From: the human T2T-CHM13v2.0 reference genome, Homo sapiens
DNA: 64,000 nt
Direction: 5' to 3' (one strand)
NCBI RefSeq assembly: GCF_009914755.1
Contig: NC_060927.1
This document shows, one piece after another, positions 1 to 13,700 of this stretch. The first letter of the stretch is position 1. Each line of letters begins with the position of its first letter. The notes under the pieces were generated by a model. It had not been told where the DNA came from, ran no database searches, and saw nothing but the letters and a program-made list of their open reading frames with translations. The translations under genes were made by a program, and so were the position numbers.

Positions 1-115
1 TGCTGCTCAAAACAGCACACAACTTAAAACTTATAAGTTGCTTACTTCTGAAATTTTCCATCTAATATTTTCAGAAACCATAAAAAGCAAAATTATGGGT
101 AAGGGAAAACTGCTG
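1..115 (-). mobile_element. Tigger7/MER44-like TcMar DNA transposon terminal fragment
   Basis: 'aaaacttataagttgcttacttctgaaattttccatctaatattttc...gggtaagggaaaactgctg' resembles the reverse complement of the MER44/Tigger7 end as I recall it; degraded. Confidence 0.45.
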
Positions 116-1212
116 CACAACAAAAGAGCACAAAATCTGGAACCAGAAGAAAGGCCTTTCTTCAGTTTGTGCTTTTATAGCTTGGATATTGCTGATCTGA
201 AGCCATAATAACATGTAGGAAAGAAAGCAATTATATAAGTTGATTCAGAGATTGAGATAGTACATACAAGCCAAAAATATTTAAAAATTAGAAGTACTAT
301 AAAGACATATAAAAATTACTGTCCAAATGAGAACATGATTTCTACTTCAAAGGGGAATTTGTTAAAACATTTTCACTCTTTTTTTTATCCCCCTGGGTAC
401 GGAGCAGTAGTAGGTCAGTGCGTGAATACATGTAGTATTCAATAATTCATAAAATTTGAAAGTCTGAATAAGTGAGCATAGCATGAAATTTACTTAATTA
501 TGGCATGTGGTTTACATAATTCAAAAGTGAATTTTGCATTACTTACTTTAAGATATAAAAATATATGATGGAATGATGAATGGTAGAGGAAAGAATACAT
601 ATGTAATACATGTGTTAATATCTGGGTAGTAAGCATTTGGGTGATCATTATAAAATTATTTACACTTTTCTGTATGTTTGACATTTGTTATAATAAAATG
701 TCAAGGGAAAAGGAATAGTAGCATGTGTGAGGGTTTAAATTGCTTTTGTTCTGACTGAGATCCTGAAAGATGACTTGCCAGGAGAGAATGGCTGAGAGAA
801 CAGGCTGCTTGACAGGGGGTGACCTTCCTTGAAGGGAGCAGGAAAATAATAATAAAAATGAATGTGTGTCTCTTGTATTCTGGGTTGCCTGGAAAAGATC
901 ACAAGCATTCCAAGCCCTCTGTAGGTGTGTTGTGAACCATTTAAGTTTATGAGTGGGTCTGTGAAGGAATTCTTCAACATAGAATTTTTGACTCAATTCA
1001 AGGCTTTGCAATCATCAATTAATCCATATTCCATCTATTTTAAAGATTCTTTGCCCATGTAAAAGATGCACACACATTATGTTTTGTCATTTATTGCCCT
1101 CTAAATCATTCTTGCATATCACAACTGGGCTTTTTGCCAATGACATATAATTATAGTAGAAGGCTTAACTTACATTGTTTCTATAATCATAAATACAGTT
1201 ACATCTTGAAAG

Positions 1213-1243
<31 letters not shown>

Positions 1244-1244
1244 A
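1213..1244. repeat. (CA)n microsatellite
   Basis: Directly visible CA run with one TA interruption. Confidence 0.95.
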
Positions 1245-2550
1245 AATCTAAATATATAGAAGAATGACATGAAGATGGAAGGAGGAAAAAATAAATATTA
1301 GCTTCTACTTAGAATGTATCTAGGCAGCAAATGTCAGTTATGTTTAAATGGGTGAACAATTTAATAATTTCATTTTGGGTATTATTCAATTTAAAATTTA
1401 AACTCTGTATTGAGGTTTGTTATTCTTTCTCACCATTTTTTCTCTTCCTTTTCCCTTCAAACCATGTTTAAGTTAAATTTGTTTATCAGGCAAACTTGCC
1501 ATGGTGGTTTAAGGACCCTGGCTCCTGGACAGTGATTACTCCTTATCTCAGACTGTTTTTGAGTTTTGACACATGCCACTATATTTCTTCCTGTAAACAT
1601 CTGCCCTGGCTGCTGAGGTATTCACTACTGTTGTAACTAATCTCCTGGTACACCAATGATTTGGTTCTTTGCCCCACCCTTCCAAACTCAAGGTTAAGGT
1701 TAATTTGGCCCACTTCCATCAGAGCAGTACAAATACTCTAAAACCAATGAACCATGTGTTTCACCCCATTCTTGGCTTCAGGAGTTGACCTGACATTTAT
1801 TCTTACAGGATTACTTCACCCATCACCAAGGCTACACCATGGCAGGTGCACAGGTTTTCAATTCTGTTACCTTTTACATAAGAATATAGTATCATTCCTA
1901 TGTCACATGCAGACCTAAATGCCTGACAAATGCACCCCCCTCTGCATGAAATACAGTATTTTGTGATGTCCTTTGTTCCAGATTCATAAATGTAAAAAAG
2001 ACCACATGCCCATTTGCTGTTAGCTTTCCTCTCTATTTATCTGAGGTTTTGTCCTCTCAATATTTCCCAATTTCCTCTTTTGTGCCAAAGCTTAGAAGTG
2101 AGAAATGATGAAATTCCAGTTTACTGATAGATACAGATAGGCTGTTAGTCTGTTTATTCCATTCAAAGCCCTCTCTGCTTCCCTCACAATGAAGAATTCC
2201 TTTTCCTTCAGTTTCTAAGCAAAATCCACCCATCTTTGCTATGAAGTGATGGAGTATTAGAGTCTTCTCTTAGGATGGGAGTACTGCAAATAATTTTTAC
2301 AAATTATTGAAGGAAAAATATCCAGGGATTTCACAGAATTATAGCACTATAACTTGTATTATAATTTATAAAAATAAAAGAACAATTTATAGAGCTCCTT
2401 TTACAAAACTATCATGTACTAACATGATAATCTATTTTCTTCATATTTATATCAAAATGTATAGAATGTAAAGTAAGTCAAGTTAAATTACCAATAAGTA
2501 TATGTACTAATTCAAAATTCAATAACTCAATTTACTATTCTATAGTATAC

Positions 2551-3415
2551 TATAAGAGACATATAAACTCTATCTGTCTCTGTCCCTAGATCTTGACACA
2601 AAGCTCCTAAAACTTCTATAATTTCCTGAGTGAAAGGAGCACTGACAGTTTCTAAATCCCTCGGAATTTCCTGGATAATTCTTAGGAGCATCTTTTGTTT
2701 TCATGAGGCAACTCTTGATGGATTACTGGATAGCCTCAGGATAGGGAACTTGTTGCCAGGTGAAACATCAAGTGATTAGAGGATTGGAACTTTCAATCCC
2801 ACCCTCCAACATCCAGGAAGGTGATAGGAGCTGAAGGTTTAGTTGATCATCAATGGCCAATAGAGTAATTAGTCATGACTATGTATTGAGGCTTCCACAA
2901 AAGCCCCTCATGACTGGGTTTGTAGCACTTTCATATGGCTGAACACCCGGAGGTGCCTGGGAGGTGATGCACCCTGAGAGGATGTGGAAGCTCCATGCCC
3001 CTTCCCATATACCTTGTCCTTCATAATCTCTTAATTTGGCTGTCTAAGTGTATACTTTGCAATACCTTCTGTAATAAACTGGTATCCTGACAAAGTAATC
3101 AAACTCAGGGAGAAGGTAATGGGGATCCGGATTTATAGCAAGGTGGTTCAGAAGTATAGCTGACAATCTATTACTTGCAACTAACATCTGAAGTGAAAAA
3201 AGTCCTGTGTGGCTGAGCCCTTAACCTGTGGGATCTGACTAACTCCAGGTAGATAGTGTCAGAATTGAACTGAATTATAAGACACCCAGTTGGCATCCAC
3301 TGGATAACTCATTGGATGTTGGTAAAAGAAAATCCCACACACACCTTGATAACCAGAAGGGAAATAGTGTCTGTTATGTGTTGACTGTGTAAGAAAAGAA
3401 AATGTTTATCTTACA
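2551..3415 (+). mobile_element. MER21-type solo LTR
   Basis: MER21-like blocks 'agctcctaaaac...aatttcctgagtga', 'gtgattagaggattggaactttca', 'gtgtcagaattgaactgaattataagacacccagttgg'; AATAAA near 3073; ends ...ttaca. Confidence 0.75.
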
Positions 3416-3519
3416 CAACTTTTAATATAATGCTGACAAAATTCAAGCTGAAACCTATAAATGTTTCCACTATATAGTTCTGAATATTGCTTTCTTATAC
3501 ATAAATATGTTATGCTTTC

Positions 3520-4030
3520 CATTAAAACATCAACTTACAATTTACATATGGGCCCTCCATGTGATTCAGCAATTCTACTCCTAGAGATCTACCCCAAAAT
3601 GAGCCCATGTGTTGATGAAAAAATATGTACAAGAATTTTCACATTCACTTTATTCCCAGTTACACCGAAACTGGAAAAACCCAAACGTTGGCCAAAAATT
3701 GAATAATAAAAATGTGATACATGACACATTGATGGATCTCACAGATATTAGTTGAGAGAAGAAAGAAAAAAGCACATGTAGCCTGGTTCCATTTATATGA
3801 AGCTCAAAAACAGATAAAGCTTCTTTATGGTCATAGGAGACAGAATTTATATTATTTCTGAAGTGCCAAGAAATGAGGAATAAAGAATCTTTTGGAGAGC
3901 TAGATATGTTTCAAATCTTAGTCTATGAAGTAGATACATGATTGTCTATATATTAAAACATTATTCTAGCTATATACTTGAAGATTAGTGCATTTTGTAT
4001 TTTGCACATTTTACAATATCAGTGTAATAC
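3520..4030 (+). mobile_element. Old L1 (L1ME/L1MC-like) 3' fragment
   Basis: 'gattcagcaattctactcctagagatctacccc', 'aaactggaaaaacccaaacg', 'ggttccatttatatgaagctcaaaaacag' typical of L1M ORF2 end/3'UTR. Confidence 0.65.
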
Positions 4031-4749
4031 TTCCTCAAAGAAGAAAGAACATTAACAATAAGCTTTAAACTGATTTGTTGCTTTGAAGAAATTATACATT
4101 ATGCACAAATCTGAACATCATGGCACAAATACATTTGGAATAGTTCATAATAGGTGATTATTGAATGATTAATGACATGTTACACTAGGAAAAATAGCCT
4201 TCAATTAATTATATAGGTCTTTGTCCATGAACATCTACTTTCAATAAGATATTGAAATTAAGGCATATGAAAGAGACTTCATAACAAATATTAACCTTTT
4301 TTTCTCTACAAGGTTAATCATCACTCATAGACTATCACATTAGTATCTGAACTTTTTGCTACCTTTCTCTTTTATTTTAGATGATATTAATATTGAGAAT
4401 ACTGACATGTAAGGCTACATAACTCAGTGTTCAGAAAATTTTAATTTTTTGGTAGTTAGAAAAGTGTATGAAGATTTCAAGACCTTTGGGGTTAGTGGTC
4501 TAATATATGAGAATGTTGCTGTCTTATGTTTCTTTCAGCTGCATGAACTTGAGCCAACTTTTAACCTCATGGAGAGGATCCTTTAGTTTTAAAGAGAGTG
4601 TGAGTGGGCTGAGAGCTGATACAAAGACAGATAAGATGGAGCCTGTGTTCTTATCTACTTACAATCAGTCATAGTGAAATAAGTACACATATATATATAT
4701 AAAATTAAAGAAATAGACAATTATACAATGAGTTATGCAAATAAGTAGT

Positions 4750-4857
4750 CTTCATGACTTAATCACCTCCAAATGCCCCACCTCCTAATACCATAACCTT
4801 GGGGGTTAGGATTTCAACATATGGATTTTTGCAGGACACAAACACTCAAACTTTACA
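4750..4857 (-). mobile_element. MLT1A-like MaLR LTR fragment
   Basis: 'aatcacctcc...ccccacctcctaataccataaccttgggggttaggatttcaacatatg...ggacacaaacactc'. Confidence 0.65.
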
Positions 4858-4864
4858 AGGGGAT

Positions 4865-7544
4865 TGTATTAGTCCATTCTCATGCTGCTATAAAGAACTG
4901 CCTGAGACTGGATAATTTATAAAGGAAAGAGATTTAAATGACTCACACTTCTGCAGAGCTGGGGAGGTCTCAGGAAACAAAATCATGGCAGAAGAGGAAG
5001 CAAACACATCCTTCTCACGTGGCAGCAGAAGGAGCAGTGCTGAGCAAAAGGGAAAAAGCCTCTTATAAAACCATAAGATCTCATGAGAACTCACCACTAT
5101 CATAAGAACAGCATGAAGGTAATCACCTCCATGATTGAATTATCTCCCACTGGGATCCCTCCCGTGACACATGACATGGGGATTATGGGAACTATAATTC
5201 AAGATGAGATTTGGGTGGGGTCACAGCCAAACCATACCATTCTGCCCCTGGCCCCTCCCAAATCTCATATCCTCACAATTCAAAACACAATCATGCCTAT
5301 CCAACCAGTCCCCCAAAGTCTTAGCTCATTCCATCATTAACCCAAAAGGCCAACTCCAAAGTCTCATCTGAGACAAGGCAAGTCCTTTTTGCCTAGGAGC
5401 CTGTAAAATCAAAAGCAAGTTAGTTACTTCCTAGATGCAATGGGGGTACAGGCATTGGGTAAATACACCCATTCCAAAAGGTAGAAATTGACCAAAATTT
5501 AGGGGCTACAAGCCCCATACAAGTCCAAAATCTAGCAGAGTAAAGCTCTAAAATTAGTTCCTTTGTCTCCATGTCTCTTTTCTAGGTCATGCAGATGCAA
5601 GTGGTGGGCTTCCACAACATGGAGAAACTCCACCCCTGTGGCTTTGCAGGTTACAGCCCTCCCTCCCAGCTGCTTTCATAGGCTGGTATTGAGTGTCTGC
5701 ATGGCTTTTCTAGGTGCACAGTGCAAGCTGTAACTGGATCTAACATTTTCAGGTCCAGAGAATGGTGGCCCTCTACCCACAGCTCCACTAGGCAGTGTCC
5801 CAGTGGGGAGTCTGTGTGGGATCTCCAACTCCACATTTCACTTCTACACTACCCTATCAGAGATTCTCCATGAGGGCTCCACACCTGCAGCATATTTCTG
5901 CTTGGACATCCAGGCATCTCCATAGACCCTCTGAAATCTAGGCAGAGGTTCCCAAACCTCAGTTCTTTACTTCTGTGCACCCACAGGCCCAACATCACGT
6001 GAAAACTGCCATGGATTGGGGTTTGCACCCTCTGAAGCAACAGCCTGAGCTGTTCATTGGCTCCTTTTAGCCATGACTGGAGCCGACGCACCTGGGATGC
6101 AGGGCACTATGTCCCAAGGTTGCACCGAGCAGAAGGTGGGCCCTGGGCCCAGCAGAAAAAACCACTTTTTCCTTGTTGGCTTCTGGGCCTTTGATGGGAG
6201 GGGCTGCTCTAGAAGGTCTCTGACATGCTCTGGGGACAGTTTCCCCATTGTCTTGGTGATTAACTTTCAGCTCCTAATTACTTATGCAAATTTATGCAAC
6301 TGGCTTGAATTTTTACCCAGAAAATGTTTGGTTTTGTTTTGTTTTGATGACATCAGGCTGCAAATTTTCCAAACTTTTATGCTTGACTTTCACTTGAATG
6401 CTTTGCTATTTAGAAATTTCTTATAAATCATGCTGCTATAAAGACACATGCACACATATGTTTATTGTGGCACCACTCACAATAGCAAAGACTTGGAACC
6501 AACCCAAACGTCCAACAATGATAGACTGGATTAAGAAAATGTGGCACATATACACCACGGAATACTATGCAGCCATAAAAAATGATGAGTTCATGTCCTT
6601 TGTAGGGACATGGATGAAGCTGGAAACCATCATTCTCAGCAAACTATTGCAAGGACAAAAAAACCAAACACCACATGTTCTCACTCATAGGTGGGAATTG
6701 AACAATGAGAACACTTGGACACAGGAAGGGGAACATCACACACCAGGGCCTGTTGTGGGGTGGGGGGAGGGGGGAGGGATAGCATTAGGAGATATACCTA
6801 ATGTAAATGATGAGTTAATGGGTGCAGCCCACCAACATGGCACATGTGTAGTTAATGGGTGCAGCACACCAACATGGCACATGTATACATATGTAACAAA
6901 CCTGCATGTTGTGCACATGTACCCTAGAACTCAAAGTATAATAAAAAAAATTTTATATATATATATAAAAGAAATTTCTTTTGCCAGATACCCTAGATCA
7001 TCTCTCACACATTCAAAGTTCCACAGATTTCTTGGGCAGAAGCAATATGCCGCTGGTCTCTTTGCTAAAGCACACCAATAATTACCTCTTTCCAGTTTCT
7101 AACAAATTCCTTATCTCCATCTGAGACCACCTCAGCCTGGACTTCATTTCCATATCACTATCATCATTTTGGTCAAAGCCATTCAACAACTCTCTAGGAA
7201 GTTTCAAATTTCACACATTTTCCTGTGTTTTTCTGAGCTCACCAAACTGTTGCAACCTCTGCTTGTTACCCAGTTCCAAAGTTGCTTTCACGTATTTAGG
7301 TATCCTTATAACAGCACCTTACTTCAAACATGTCCTTCTTCATATGGTGGCAGGAATGAGTGCTAAGCAAGTAGGGAAAAGCCCCCTATACAAATATCAG
7401 ATCTCGTGAGAATTCACTCACTATCACAAGAACAGGATGGAGGTAACCACCCCCATGATTTAATTACCTCCCACCAGGATTCCTCCCATGAGGGAACTAC
7501 AATTCAAGATGAGATTTGGGTGGGGACACAGCCAAACCATATAA
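4865..7544 (-). mobile_element. THE1C-like MaLR provirus (LTR 4865-5239, internal region, partly deleted second LTR ~7325-7544), interrupted by an L1
   Basis: LTR ends tgtattagtcc... and ...cagccaaaccatat; THE1-internal sequence between; perfect 5-bp TSD GGGAT at 4860-4864 and 7545-7549. Confidence 0.92.
6423..6969 (+). mobile_element. 5'-truncated L1PA4-like element (ORF2 C-terminus + 3'UTR) inserted in THE1 internal region
   Basis: Translates as L1 ORF2p C-terminus (YKSCCYKDTC...WIKKMWHIYT); G-rich 3'UTR; A/TA tail; TSD AGAAATTTCTT at 6412-6422 and 6970-6980. Confidence 0.93.
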
Positions 7545-8076
7545 GGGATTAAACGTAAAGAAGCATCTCTTTCCTGGGAATCAGAAAAAATCATCGAGGG
7601 TCATATTCTTTTAATGCAGTCTTTTACATGTAACAGATGTCAACACACAAACAGTATGTAGATGGCATAAATCTAAGAAGACGCAACACTTTTAAGAAAC
7701 ATACAATGAGTTCAAATTTAACATAAATATTTTATGTACACAGTAAATAGCAGAATGTAAAGTAGCAAGTATGGATCATAGGCATATTATAAAATAACAA
7801 TAATTTCATGTTAATATTGAAAACTACATCCATACACATTTTATTAAAAAAACAAAATTATTATTGTTTTCTTCTAAGCTATAGAATTTAAGCCAAAGAT
7901 ATTTCATACAAATACAATAAAATACTAAGTATGAAGATTACATGTGGGAGTATGCACACGAAATATATATGTAATTGACCTTTGCAGGAATGAAAGAAAA
8001 TCATCTGTCTTATTCTGTTTAGTGTTGCGATAAAGTAATAACTGAGATTGGGCCAATTTATAAAGAGAAAAAATTT

Positions 8077-8361
<285 letters not shown>

Positions 8362-8590
8362 AAAGAAAAGAAAAAAAAGAAAAGAAAGAAAAAAGAAAAG
8401 AGAAGAGAGGAGAAGAGAAGAGAAGGGAAAAGCAAAGCAAAGCAAAGCAAAGAAAACAGAAAAGAAAAGAAAAGAAAAGAAAAGAAAAGAAAAGAAAAGA
8501 AAAGGAAAGGAAAGGAAAGGAAAGGAAAGGAAAGAAAAGAAAAGAAAAGAAAAGAAAGGAAAAGAAAAGAAAAAGAAAAAGAAAAAGAGG
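8362..8590. repeat. Compound purine pentanucleotide repeat (AAAAG/AAGAG/AAAGC/AAAGG) derived from Alu tail
   Basis: Directly visible ~230-bp run. Confidence 0.95.
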
Positions 8591-9853
8591 TTTATTTGGC
8601 TCACACTTCTGCTTACTAGAAGATTGGGATCTGGTGAAAGCCTTAGTCTGCTTTCACTCATGGTGTAAGGCAAAGGGGAGCCAGTATGTGCAGAGATCAC
8701 ATGGAAAGAGAGGGAGCAAGAGAAAGGAAATGGAGGTGCCAAGCTCTTTTTAACAACTACCCTTCTGGGAACTCTCACAAAAACTAATGGAGTGAAAACA
8801 CACTCAGATCCTCCCAGGGAGGACGTTAATCTATTCATGAAAGATCCACCCGCATAATTCCAACATCTTCCATTAGGCCCCATCTCCAATATGGGGACCA
8901 AATTTCAACATGAGATTTGGAGGAGACAAATATCCAAACTGTAGCAACAGCCTTCTTATCGCTTTCTTAAAGATTTTTTTTTTCTGTTTTAATCTTCACA
9001 TCAATGAAAAGGCTCTGAAAGCTATCTGATGGGGAGAAAAATGCTGACTGCTAAAACTGGGTTAGATTTACTGTCTGGATCTATGTTTAAATTTTGTTTA
9101 ATATAATTTACAAATTTCTAGGCTGATCCTATTCAGCAATAAGATTATGGGGCCAGAGACCTTAGGATTCATATATTGAGACAGGTTAGACTCTGATTTC
9201 CTCTGGAACTCCTATAAAAATGGCAATAACATTTTAATTAACTCAGCAGCTGAGGACTCCGATGTCTACTCTCTTTTCTATGCTTTTTTTCCTCCTAGTT
9301 TAATTTTTAACCTGCTCCCAGGCCCCTCTACCTCTCATACCACCTTCCTCAAACATACAAATACACACATGCACACGCATGCACATTTTGGCAGGAGATG
9401 ATAAAACCATTATTTTCTATTTACTTGACAAATCTACAAATACAATTTAACATCACAAGTTAAGTGTAACATTTTTTAAGTCAAGATTTTGCTTATTGAA
9501 AAGGAGGTATTGCCTTTCTCCAGGTTAGAAGCTCTCTTAAAAATAATGACTATTGAAGGTATGCTACAGGCTTTCAACATTAGAAGTACAAATAGTGCTG
9601 CAGTTCAACTGTTTGTGAACAATTTCTGATGAGCATTTCCCAGTTTGATCTAAAAGCAATTACAGCAACTCATTTTATTTCTTACACAGAGACTGACAAA
9701 TATCACAGAACACCTTGAAAATGAGGGCTTCAAAGTGTTTTTTTAACATGGAGACAGAATAATACTATGGAAAAGTAGCATAAGTACTTGACAATGATAA
9801 CAATAATGTTTTGTCAATTGTGTCTGTTACTTTAATCTAAGCTATAATATTTC

Positions 9854-10025
9854 CATGGGTAGATATAAGTTTTGTGAGCCTTGAAGCCTATAAAAGCTGT
9901 TGGGCTCTCAGTAAGAAGAGAAAATTATGAATACTATAAAATTAGGCACATAGGCATTAGAAGGACAAATGTAATGGATAAATCTTAAAGTTCAAATCTT
10001 GTTATTTTCAGGGAATGTACATCTA
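9854..10025 (-). mobile_element. hAT-Tip100-like MITE (Arthur1/MER69-like)
   Basis: Reverse complement resembles '...ccctgtacctaattttgtattcgtaattt...aagcttcaggccccacaaaacctggatccgcccctg' as recalled; related fragment at 43764-43890. Confidence 0.4.
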
Positions 10026-10799
10026 AGCACTCCATCAAGAATGTGGATAATTAATTTCTGACTATACATAAAACTTTGGTAAGTTTTTCTTAGATTTTCT
10101 GTGGTCAAAATCTTTTGAGGAAGTTCATAAACTAAAAACACATTCCATTTTTTAGTAGAGATCTCCTGATAAATATAATAATTTGAATCTAATTTTAAGG
10201 TAAAATAGCACTTATTCAATGTGTATTTTTGCCTTACACACGTCAGTGTTCTTGCCCTTAATTCTTATTTTATTTTAAAAAACACCATTTCTACATATTT
10301 TAATAAACACAGAAGCATATTTCCCTTCAGGTGACTTTTGATTTATTATTCTTAGCTGCATAAGAATAATAATCATTTTCATTTTTAATTGAAAAATGTC
10401 TTACATTTTGCTTCTCTATTTTAGAACATAACACATTCTATTTATTATTCAATTTCATGACATACGAACTCCTAATCTTATATAAAAATAAGATTCCTAC
10501 AGTGATTATTTACCTTTACTATATGAAAGAGTCTAGGGAAAACAAAAAACAAACAACAACAACAACAACAAAAACGTATTGACTTCTATTTGGTTTTGAT
10601 TGCTTTCTTGTCCATCTTTTTTATATTCAGAAATGTCTTCATTTTTTGACATATCAATCAATTCCAGGCAAAAGCTTTTTCAAGTTGGAACTGTATTGAG
10701 TTTCTCTACTTGTCTATAATGAAATACTTCATTCAAAATTGTTCTAAAGAGAGAATTTAGCTAGATTTCTTGGCCCTTTAGCTTTTCACTGACAAATAG

Positions 10800-13700
10800 T
10801 ACTTTTTGTTTTCTTAAGTCCTACATATAAGTGAGAACATGCAGTATTTGTCTTTCTGTGTTTGGCTTGTTCTACTTAACTTAATGACTTCTTCCTCGTA
10901 TGTTGCTGCAAATTTAATATTTTACGGTTGAATAACATTTCATTGTTTGTATATAGTACATTTTCTTTCTCCATTCATGCAGTAATGGACACTTAGGCTG
11001 ATATCACGTTTTGGCTATTGTGAAAAAAGTGCTGCAATAAACATAGGAGTGCAAATATCTTTTTGATGTATTGTTTTCCTTTCTTTTGGATATGTACCCA
11101 GTAGTGGAATTGCTGGATCATAGGGTAGATTTATTTTTAGTTTTCTGAGGAACACTCCATATTAGAGGCCATACTAATTTACATTCTTATCAACAATGTA
11201 CAAGGGTTCCTCTTTCTCCATGTTCTTGCCAGCATCTGTTATTTCCTTTTTTCCTTTTTGATAAAAGACATTCTAACTGGAGTGAGATTATATCTCACTG
11301 CGGTTTTGATTTTCATTTAGCAGATGATTAATAATGCTGAGCATTTTTTCCTATACCCTTTGGCCATTTGTATGTCTTCTTTTATTAAATGTCCATTCAA
11401 GTATTTTCCTTTTTAAAAAATTAGATTATTTGTTTCTTTACTACTGAGTTGTTTGAGCTCCATATGGAGGAAGGTTTTTCACTTGATGTAATCACATCTG
11501 TCTATTTTCACTTTGGTTTTCTGTGTTTTGAGGTCTGACACAAAAAATACTTGCCCAGACCAATGTCCTGGAATGTTTCCTCAATGTTTTCTACTAGTAG
11601 TTTTATAGTATCAGGTGTTAAATTTCAGTCTTTAATCCATCTTTATTTGATTTCTGTGTATGATGAAAGATAGGGGTCTAGTTTCATTCTTCTGCCTATG
11701 GCTATCCAACTTTCCCCAAAACATGTATTAAAGAGACTGTCCTTTTCCCATTTGATGTTCCTTGCATTTTGTCTAAAACGAGTTGACTGTAAATGGATGC
11801 ATTTATTTCTGTGTCCTCTATTCTGTTCTATTGAACTATGTGTCTGTTTTCATGCCAGTACCATGTTTATTTGGTTACTATGGTATTGTAATATATTCAG
11901 AAATCTGGAAGTGTGATGCCTCCAATGTTGCTCCTTTTGCACAGGGTTGCTTTAGCTCTTTGGGGTCTTTTGTGGTTCCATACAAATTTTAGATTTTTCT
12001 TATTTCTGTGAATAGTGTAATAGAAATGCCATCTTATTCATATTTCAGTAGAAATTGCATTGAATTTGTAAATTTTGGGGGGTAATATTGCCATTTTAAT
12101 ATAGTAATTCTAATCTATGAGCATGAAATATCCTTCCATTTTCTCCATCCTATTCAATTTCTTTCATTAGTGTTTTATGGTTTCCCTTGTATAGATCTTT
12201 CACATATTTGGGTGAATTGATTCCTAGGTTTTTATATTATTTGTATGTTTGCAGTTGGTGTATATAAATGATACTGATTTTTGTAAGTTGATTTTGTATC
12301 CTAAAACCGTACTGAATTTATCAATTCTAAAAGTCTTTTGGTGGAATCTAGCTTTTTCTAAATATAAGATTCTTTCATCTGCTCTAATGCTAATGTGACC
12401 TCTTCCTTTCTAATTTGGATGTCCTTTATTCCTTTCTCTTGTCTGATTGTTCTGGCCACAACTTCCATTATTATGTTGAATAAAAGTGGTGAAAGTGAGC
12501 ATTCTTGTATGATTCCAGATCTTAGAGGAAAGGTTATTTTTCTACATTCAGCAAGATGTTGGCTGTGGGTTTGTAATATGTGGCATTTAATATTTTGAAG
12601 TATAGTTATTCTATAATCAGTTTGTTAAGGGATTTTATTGATAAAGGAATGTTGAATTTTATCAAATATTTTTCAGCATCTATTGAAATGATCATATGGT
12701 TTTTGTTCCTTGGTTCTGTTAATGTGATCTATCACATTTACTGATTTGCATATTTGAACCATCCTCATATCCCTGGGAAGGATACCACTTGATCATAGCG
12801 AATGATTTTGTTAATATGCTGTTGAATTCAATTTGCTAGAATTTTGTTGAAGATAGATATTTGCTTTCATGTTCGTTGGTGATACTTGCCTGTAGTTTAA
12901 TTTTTTTGTGGTTTCTTTGTCTGGGTTTGGTGTCTAGCTAATGCAGGCCTTTTAGAATGAGTTTAGTATTCCTTTGTTTTCATTTTTTTGAAAAGTTTGA
13001 GAAAAATTTGTTTTAGTTCTTCATTAAATGTTTGGTGAAATTCATCAGTGAAGCCATCAGGTCCTGGACTTTTTTTGATGAGATCTTTTGTTATGGCTTC
13101 AATCCACTTACTCATTGCTTTGTTGAGGTTAACTTTTTCTTTATGGTTCAATCTTCATAGGCTGTATGTGTCTGGGAATTTATCTATATCTTCTAAGTTT
13201 TCCAACTTGATGCTGTATATTTGTTTGTAATACTCTCTAATGATTATTTGTATTTTTGTGGTCTTAGTCATTATGTCCCCTTTTTTGTGACTGTATTTAT
13301 TTGGGCCTTCTCTCCTTTTTTTTATTAGTTTAGCTAAGGTTTTTCAACTTTGTTTATCTTAAAAAAACAACTTTTCATTTTGTTGGGTCTTCTGTGTTCC
13401 TTACTGGTCTCAAATTTACTTTTTCTGATCTTTTAATTCTTCTTTACTTTATTCTACAAATTTTGAATTTCATTTGTTCATGCTTTTTGAATTCCCTGAG
13501 GTACATAGTTAGGCTATTTATTTAAAGTCTTTCATCTTTTTTGATGTATGCATTTATTGATATAATCTTATCTCTTAATATTGCTTTTGCTGCATCCAAT
13601 AGATATGTTGTATTTCCATTTTCATTTGTTTCAATATATTTTAAAATTTCCTTCTTAATTTCTTTATTGATCTATTGGTTACTTCAGAGAATGTTGTTTG

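Noticed and set aside
688-1011. 107-aa ORF and other short ORFs in unique AT-rich DNA
   Set aside because: No recognisable domain, many non-ATG starts, lengths expected by chance, no exon chain
1490-2300. Possible ERVL/MaLR internal relic
   Set aside because: Only a vague resemblance; no diagnostic motif found
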